Shown here piece by piece: positions 6,500 to 11,281 of a DNA stretch of 11,281 nt. Position numbers and translations under genes: made by a program. Source of the DNA: Planctomycetota bacterium (lineage in GTDB: Bacteria; Planctomycetota; Planctomycetia; Pirellulales; Lacipirellulaceae); assembly GCA_039190745.1 (NCBI GenBank), contig JBCCXZ010000093.1, positions 1 through 11,281 of the forward strand, given 5' to 3'. The notes under the pieces were generated by a model. That model was not told where the DNA came from and did not search any database. It saw only the letters and a program-made list of their open reading frames with translations. Each line of letters starts with the position of its first letter. Position 1 is the first letter of the stretch.

Positions 6500-7675
6500 G
6501 TGCCGCAGCCACAAACCGCAGCCACCCGGCCAACGGTCCAAGACCTACGCGGCCAGATGCCGATCTGCGAGAAGTGGGCCTACCTAGATCACGCCGCGGT
6601 GGCTCCGATCTCTGGCCCTGCTTCCGAGGCGATCCGTCTGTGGAACCAGCAAGCAGCGCAGGAAGGCGTGGCCGCGTGGTCGGGTTGGATGGGCCAGCTA
6701 CGAGAAACCCGCCGCCTCGGCGCGCAGGTCACTGGTGCAAACGAGGACGAGATCACGCTGGTCAGCAGCACGACGGCGGGAATCAACCTCGTTGCCGAGG
6801 GCATCGATTGGCGTGAAGGCGACAATGTTGTCACACTCGCCGACGAGTTCCCTTCGAATCTTTACCCGTGGATGCAACTCGAACGCCTGGGCGTCGAGCT
6901 GAGGCGTGTGCCGACCGATCGGGGCGCTGTTGATTACCACGAACTCGCCTCGGCTTGCGACCGGCGGACCCGGGTGGTCACCGTCAGTTGGGTCGGCTAC
7001 TCGAACGGCGTTCGGCGGGACCTGACTCGCATTGGTGAAGTGGCACGCAAATACGACTCGTTTTTCTTTGTCGACGCGATCCAGGGGCTGGGCGTCTACC
7101 CGATTCATGTCGGAGAGCTTGGGATCGACGGCCTGGCAGCCGACGGGCACAAGTGGATGCTCGGACCGGAGGGGGCCGGAATCGCCTACATACGATCAGA
7201 GTGGCTCGACCGACTCCGCCCGCTTGGCGTCGGTTGGAACAGCGTCACCCACGCCGGCGACTACGCCAACCTCGAACTCAACCTCAAGCCCTCCGCGGCT
7301 CGTTACGAGGGCGGCTCGCACAACATGGTTGGCTTTGTTGCGCTTGGGGCCAGTTTGCGTCTGCTCAACGAAATTGGTACTCCTAGCCTGGAGCACAAGA
7401 TCCTGGAGAACGCGGGGTGTGTCCGTGCACTGCTGACTCAACACGGCGGGGTCGTGTACTCTCCTGAGGCAGGCGCCGAGGTATCAGGGATCGTTTCCTG
7501 CCGGTTTAGCGGCGTCGACCTTAAGAAGCTCAAGCGGCTTTGTTTGGAAGACGGGGTTGTGATTAACTTCCGCGACGGGCGTCTCCGCGTGAGCCCCCAC
7601 GCCTACACCGATGAGCGTGACTTTGAGAAGCTAGACGCATCACTCGCGACTGCGTTGCCGTTGGCGAGCGAGTAA
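6500..7675 (+). CDS. Class-V PLP-dependent enzyme (cysteine desulfurase/selenocysteine lyase superfamily; C-S lyase/CefD-like subgroup)
   Basis: Motifs YLDHAAVAP, STTAGIN, EFPSN..PW, VDAIQGLG, DGHKWMLGPEG (PLP lysine), RYEGGS and LRVSPHAY. The start is GTG 6500, with ATG 6557 as an alternative. Confidence 0.9.
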   Translation: MPQPQTAATRPTVQDLRGQMPICEKWAYLDHAAVAPISGPASEAIRLWNQQAAQEGVAAWSGWMGQLRETRRLGAQVTGANEDEITLVSSTTAGINLVAEGIDWREGDNVVTLADEFPSNLYPWMQLERLGVELRRVPTDRGAVDYHELASACDRRTRVVTVSWVGYSNGVRRDLTRIGEVARKYDSFFFVDAIQGLGVYPIHVGELGIDGLAADGHKWMLGPEGAGIAYIRSEWLDRLRPLGVGWNSVTHAGDYANLELNLKPSAARYEGGSHNMVGFVALGASLRLLNEIGTPSLEHKILENAGCVRALLTQHGGVVYSPEAGAEVSGIVSCRFSGVDLKKLKRLCLEDGVVINFRDGRLRVSPHAYTDERDFEKLDASLATALPLASE

Positions 7676-7737
7676 CAATCGGTCCTCATCCACTCAACCG
7701 GGCACGTTCGGAACTTACTCCTTGGGAGCGTTTAGAT

Positions 7738-8238
7738 ATGACCAGGCGGGCGGTTTACACGGGTTCGTTCGATCCAATCACCCTTGGCCACCTCAACGTG
7801 ATCGAGCGGAGCAGCCGGCTGGTGGATGAGTTGGTGGTCGGCGTCGGCATCAACATCGACAAGACCTCGTTGTTCACCGCCGACGAACGCGTCGGCCTTA
7901 TCAAGCGGGCGACCGGCCACCTCGACAACGTGCGTGTCGACCAGTTCTCTGGGCTGGCGGTGCGGTTTGTCCGGCACTGCGACGCGCGGGTCATCATCCG
8001 AGGCGTCCGATCGCTAACAGATATGGAGACCGAGTTCACGATGACGCTCGCGAATCGCAAGCTCGACCCCGGCCTCGAAACTGTTTTTCTGATGGCGGAC
8101 GATGAGTTTTCGCACGTGTCCAGTTCGTTGATCAAGCAGATTACGCCGCTTGCGGGGGACGAGGAACTCAGCCGGTTCGTCCCCGAGACGATCATCTCGG
8201 AACTGCGGGAGCGGATCGGAGCGGCAGGGGATTCGTAG
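7738..8238 (+). CDS. coaD: Phosphopantetheine adenylyltransferase
   Basis: AVYTGSFDPITLGHLNVIER (T/HxGH motif), IIRGVR...D.E.E..M...NRKL, ETVFL and VSSSLIKQI; 166 aa; GGGAG RBS upstream. Confidence 0.97.
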   Translation: MTRRAVYTGSFDPITLGHLNVIERSSRLVDELVVGVGINIDKTSLFTADERVGLIKRATGHLDNVRVDQFSGLAVRFVRHCDARVIIRGVRSLTDMETEFTMTLANRKLDPGLETVFLMADDEFSHVSSSLIKQITPLAGDEELSRFVPETIISELRERIGAAGDS

Positions 8239-8246
8239 CAAGGCGA

Positions 8247-9332
8247 TCAGCGTGCAGCTTTGAGCACCTGGAAGACGAGCGAAACGAGCCCCACGACCGC
8301 GAGGCCGGACTTGATTTGTTCGAACAGGTTGTTGGAGTTCGCTGGCTTGCCGGCGGCTGCATTCGTCGACGCGTTTCTGTTCGCGGATTGCGTTTCGGTG
8401 TTTGCCGAACCCCACAGTGACGCGACTTCTTGGGAAGGCGCAGCAAACAAGTCATCGCCAGTTGGTTGCTCGTCCAATCGGTCCGTCCTGTCTGCGAACT
8501 GCCTTCCGTCGCGCCCGCGGTTCGAAGACGGCGCCAATGCTGCTGAAAGGCCGCTCTCGGCCGCGGCGTGCCGAGGCGTCGCATCAGCGAGCAATGCATC
8601 ATCGGTTGCCCGGCCTATCCCAGGCGCGATGGAGGCAAGGAAATTCTCGACCCGACCGCCGAAGCTCCCCAGGGTGGTCCCCTGCCCCGCCCCGAACAAG
8701 ACGCCGGCGAGTTCGCCGCGGCTGTTGAAGATGGGCCCGCCGGAGTCGCCCTGGCGAGCCTCGACATCGAGCTCGACCATCTGCTGCGGAAGATCGATCC
8801 GCGGCGAGTAGTATTGCGTGCACTGGCCCGTTACGGATCGGTACACACCGGGGCCGTAGCCGCAGATTGTGAGACGGTCTCCGGGTTCAGGCGGTTGCGG
8901 CGAGATCGCGACCGGCTGCACGTCGGGGCGCCAAGTGACCAGTGCGGCCAGATCCCAGTCTTCGTCCACCTTGACCGGTCTGGCCTTCGATCGGAACCCG
9001 TCCGGGAAGAGCACCTCGACCGGCCCCTGCGCGTCGCGGACGACGTGCCAGTTGGTCACTACTAAACCGAACTGTTCCCTGGTGTCGACGAGGGTTCCGC
9101 TGCCGAACGACGTGGCCTCGCCCTCCGGGACCACGACGCGAACCACCGCGGGGTGCGGCCGATTGACGTGTGCAGAGGCGGCAGGTTTTCCGAACTGTTG
9201 GCGCCAGACAGAAGAAAGGTTCTGCAGCTGCGTCTGCCCTGCGCACGGAACCGGCGCCAACGCAAGCGCCATCAGTATGGCGGATATCCGGGGTTCGATC
9301 GCAGCCAAATGCAAGGTGCAGGCGTGAGTCAT
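8247..9332 (-). CDS. Secreted trypsin-like (S1) serine protease with C-terminal hydrophobic anchor, 361 aa
   Basis: Catalytic triad motifs VVTNWHVV (His), WDLAAL (Asp) and RQGDSGGPIF (Ser). It has an N-terminal hydrophobic signal (ISAILMALALAPVPCAG), a low-complexity linker and a C-terminal GLAVVGLVSLVFQVLKAAR. Confidence 0.9.
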   Translation of the reverse strand: MTHACTLHLAAIEPRISAILMALALAPVPCAGQTQLQNLSSVWRQQFGKPAASAHVNRPHPAVVRVVVPEGEATSFGSGTLVDTREQFGLVVTNWHVVRDAQGPVEVLFPDGFRSKARPVKVDEDWDLAALVTWRPDVQPVAISPQPPEPGDRLTICGYGPGVYRSVTGQCTQYYSPRIDLPQQMVELDVEARQGDSGGPIFNSRGELAGVLFGAGQGTTLGSFGGRVENFLASIAPGIGRATDDALLADATPRHAAAESGLSAALAPSSNRGRDGRQFADRTDRLDEQPTGDDLFAAPSQEVASLWGSANTETQSANRNASTNAAAGKPANSNNLFEQIKSGLAVVGLVSLVFQVLKAAR

Positions 9333-9499
9333 CGCGGTGCGGGCCGGCCGGTGTCTCGGCGGGACTTCTCGTTATCCAGAATCATCTGCAGCAGCCGCTT
9401 GCGGACCGAGGCGGCATCGGAACTGCGGTCTGACCGCCCGTTCACGCCTCTCGTCTCTCCAATCTTCCGAGCGGCGGGGTCTGGTTGGTTTTGCTGCAT
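9329..9499 (-). CDS. Small hypothetical protein (56 aa from ATG 9499, or 38 aa from GTG 9445), translationally coupled to the protease
   Basis: MQQNQPDPAARKIGETRGVNGRSDRSSDAASVRKRLLQMILDNEKSRRDTGRPAPR*. Its TGA overlaps the protease ATG (ATGA). A purine-rich GGAGAGACGAGAGG precedes GTG 9445. It is apparently below the ORF-track size cutoff. Confidence 0.55.
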   Translation of the reverse strand: MQQNQPDPAARKIGETRGVNGRSDRSSDAASVRKRLLQMILDNEKSRRDTGRPAPR

Positions 9500-9535
9500 C
9501 TTGCTGTACGCCGACCGGGCGTTGAGGGTGGCGCG

Positions 9536-9772
9536 TTAAGCGGCGATCGGCCTCCCACCGCGGAGTTCTTCCTCTCGTGGCGGAAAGTCTTGGCCTTCGT
9601 TGTACATCTGCTTGAGCCGACGGAGCTCGGCCCGGAAAGCGTTCTCCGCCAGCTGCGTCAGGGTTAGCCTCGCCGGGTAGCCAGCCAAGTGGACCGCCGC
9701 GTCTCGGGCTTCGTCGAGAACGTCCTGGGGCAGGTATATGGTTGCTCTCACCTTGCGTGTTTGTTCGGTCAG
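9536..9772 (-). CDS. Ribbon-helix-helix DNA-binding protein, ParB_C (pCXC100-type centromere-binding protein)-like, 78 aa
   Basis: KVRATIYLPQDVLDEARDAAVHL...LTLTQLAENAFRAELRRLKQMYNEGQDFPPREEELRGGRP: a beta-strand, two helices and a YN.G..FP.R...LR.GRP tail. The start is placed at CTG 9772, 8 nt after AAGGAGG; the ORF track uses GTG 9751. Confidence 0.8.
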   Translation of the reverse strand: MTEQTRKVRATIYLPQDVLDEARDAAVHLAGYPARLTLTQLAENAFRAELRRLKQMYNEGQDFPPREEELRGGRPIAA

Positions 9773-9780
9773 GGGTCCGT

Positions 9781-9787
9781 CCTCCTT
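9781..9787 (-). promoter_or_regulatory. Consensus Shine-Dalgarno AAGGAGG for the RHH gene
   Basis: The minus strand reads AAGGAGG-acggaccc-CTG ACC GAA. Confidence 0.7.
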
Positions 9788-9859
9788 GGCAGATCTCTGT
9801 CAGGCACAGGCCGCACTCGCCGGCCTCCACCTAAACATCGGCCGTTGGCCTACGTTGCT

Positions 9860-9878
9860 GCAAACGTCAGACGTTTGC
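9860..9878. promoter_or_regulatory. Perfect 19-bp palindrome, candidate operator
   Basis: GCAAACGTC-A-GACGTTTGC, intergenic, about 90 bp upstream of the RHH gene. Confidence 0.6.
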
Positions 9879-9982
9879 CAGAAACGAGAACGCAGGCCGC
9901 GCATGTGTTTCGACGATCGCCGCCCGTGGAACCGTTAGAGTTTGCCGAGTAGGCGAACCGGCAGCGGTCGGATCAGACCCCG

Positions 9983-11281
9983 CTATTGCCGCTGCTCAGC
10001 AATCACGAGGGCGTCGACGAGCCCAGCGGTTGTGTACTCAGCCGCGATTGCTTCTGGGGCCAGCCCTAGGTCGTCCAGAACGCCGGCCGTCAACGGGCTG
10101 ATCGCGGCAAGCCGGGTGTTCCGGAGTGCGTCGCCGTACAGGCGGGCAACCGAGCGAGCGATAGCGGAGCTTGTCACGGTCACCCAGTCGATGGCTCCTC
10201 GTTCGAGCTCATCGCGGACAGAGTCGTCTGCACGGTTCACGTCGACGCTCTGATAAACGATCACTTGTTCGACAACGCCGCCGGCTGACCGCAGTTGCTC
10301 GGCCAGCACTTCCCGTCCCCGGCTGGCCCGCAGCAGCAGGAAGCGTTTGTTCTCAGCCCCGATCTGTAGCTTCTCGGCGAGCGCCTCAGCGCGGTACTCA
10401 GCGGGGGTCAGGTCAGCACGCAATCCACGGCGGCCCAACTCCTCTTCGGTCGCAGGCCCGATCGCCGCCAGCTTAACCCCGCCGAGAACACGCAGGTCGA
10501 GACCGAGTGTATTAACCCGATCCAAGAAGTAGGAGACTCCATTCGAGCTAGAAAAAACGAGCCAATCGAAGTCCGGCAGCCGGCCGATCGCGTCGTCCAC
10601 CGGCCTCCAATCGGCAGGCGGCTCGATCTCGATCGCGGCATGCTGCACCACGCGGGCGCCCAACCGTTGAAGCCTGGAAGCCAGGCTGCGGGCTTGCGGC
10701 TCGGGTCGCGTTACCAACACGGTCTTGCCAAACAGTGGCCGTTCCGCAAACCAGTTCCGAGTAGTCCTGGAGCGGATTGCCTGCCCGATCAGCACGACGG
10801 CCGGCGGGCGGAGGGCACCCGGGGCCAACACCGTAGCCAACTTGCCGACGGTGGTCTCGATCTCAAGCTGATCGGGCAACGAAGCCCGGCGAACGACGGC
10901 CGCAGGCGTTTCGGGCGGCATGCCGTTCCGGATGAGCTCATTGGACCACTCGGGCGCTGTTGTGACACCCATGTAGAACACCAGCGTGCCGGGGAAACGT
11001 GCGAGCGCCTCGAAGTCGAGCGCCTTAGGCCCTTTCGTTCGGCATTCGTGGCCGGTCACAAACGCAACAGAGGACGCCAGCTCGCGGTGCGTCAGCGGGA
11101 TGCCGGTACAAGCAGAGGCCGCCGAAGCCGCCGTGACTCCCGGGACCACTTCGAAAGGGATCGCTGCGGCTTCGAGCACCGCAAGTTCCTCGGCCGCCCG
11201 GCCGAACACCGAGCCGTCGCCTCCTTTGAGGCGCGCGACCCGTTTCCCCGCGAGCGCAGCCTCGACGACGATCGCGTTCAC
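9983..11281 (-). CDS. cobA: Bifunctional uroporphyrinogen-III C-methyltransferase / uroporphyrinogen-III synthase (CobA-HemD), 5' end outside the window
   Basis: The CobA part has VARLKGGD..VFGR..EE, FEVVPGVTA, GIPLTHR..ASSVAFVTGHE and TLVFYMG. The HemD part has RPLFGKTVLVTRP, WLVFSSSNGV, LAAIGPAT, VIVYQS and VTVTSS. The frame is open to the window edge. Confidence 0.95.
   Translation of the reverse strand: MNAIVVEAALAGKRVARLKGGDGSVFGRAAEELAVLEAAAIPFEVVPGVTAASAASACTGIPLTHRELASSVAFVTGHECRTKGPKALDFEALARFPGTLVFYMGVTTAPEWSNELIRNGMPPETPAAVVRRASLPDQLEIETTVGKLATVLAPGALRPPAVVLIGQAIRSRTTRNWFAERPLFGKTVLVTRPEPQARSLASRLQRLGARVVQHAAIEIEPPADWRPVDDAIGRLPDFDWLVFSSSNGVSYFLDRVNTLGLDLRVLGGVKLAAIGPATEEELGRRGLRADLTPAEYRAEALAEKLQIGAENKRFLLLRASRGREVLAEQLRSAGGVVEQVIVYQSVDVNRADDSVRDELERGAIDWVTVTSSAIARSVARLYGDALRNTRLAAISPLTAGVLDDLGLAPEAIAAEYTTAGLVDALVIAEQRQ

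Noticed and set aside
9372..9830. 152-aa minus-strand ORF and other short overlapping ORFs in the track
   Set aside because: They overlap the RHH gene and the small coupled ORF in another frame and have no protein-like features.
1..11281. tRNA, rRNA, transposase, integrase or phage genes
   Set aside because: None were recognisable by eye. A covariance-model search was not possible.

Overview
This GC-rich bacterial window is almost certainly from a planctomycete (Pirellulales-like). That call is inferred from a TIGR03000-domain protein and an N-terminal 'RRLRFDPLEERRVLA' planctomycete export motif. From left to right it holds: (1) the 5' 1.47 kb of a large secreted CSLREA/beta-helix repeat protein on the minus strand, which runs off the window and is absent from the ORF track; (2) a translationally coupled membrane pair, an SdpA/DUF5819(LinL)-like protein and an HTTM (SdpB/LinG/vitamin-K-carboxylase-like) protein; (3) directly upstream, a secreted protein with two strict (Ser-x-Gly)n blocks, a His-rich patch and two TIGR03000 domains; (4) a signal-peptide-bearing Pcm/PIMT whose C-terminal domain is cut off by a 1-nt frameshift in a C5 run; (5) a divergent class-V PLP enzyme and coaD; (6) a secreted trypsin-like protease preceded by an unlisted coupled small ORF; (7) a small ribbon-helix-helix (ParB_C-like) protein with a probable CTG start and a perfect upstream palindrome; (8) a 5'-truncated cobA-hemD fusion. 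The best candidate for an undescribed system is the SdpAB/LinLG-like pair next to the Ser-rich exported TIGR03000 protein, which may be a planctomycete envelope peptide/protein modification system. All family assignments come from motif recognition by eye; no database search was run.
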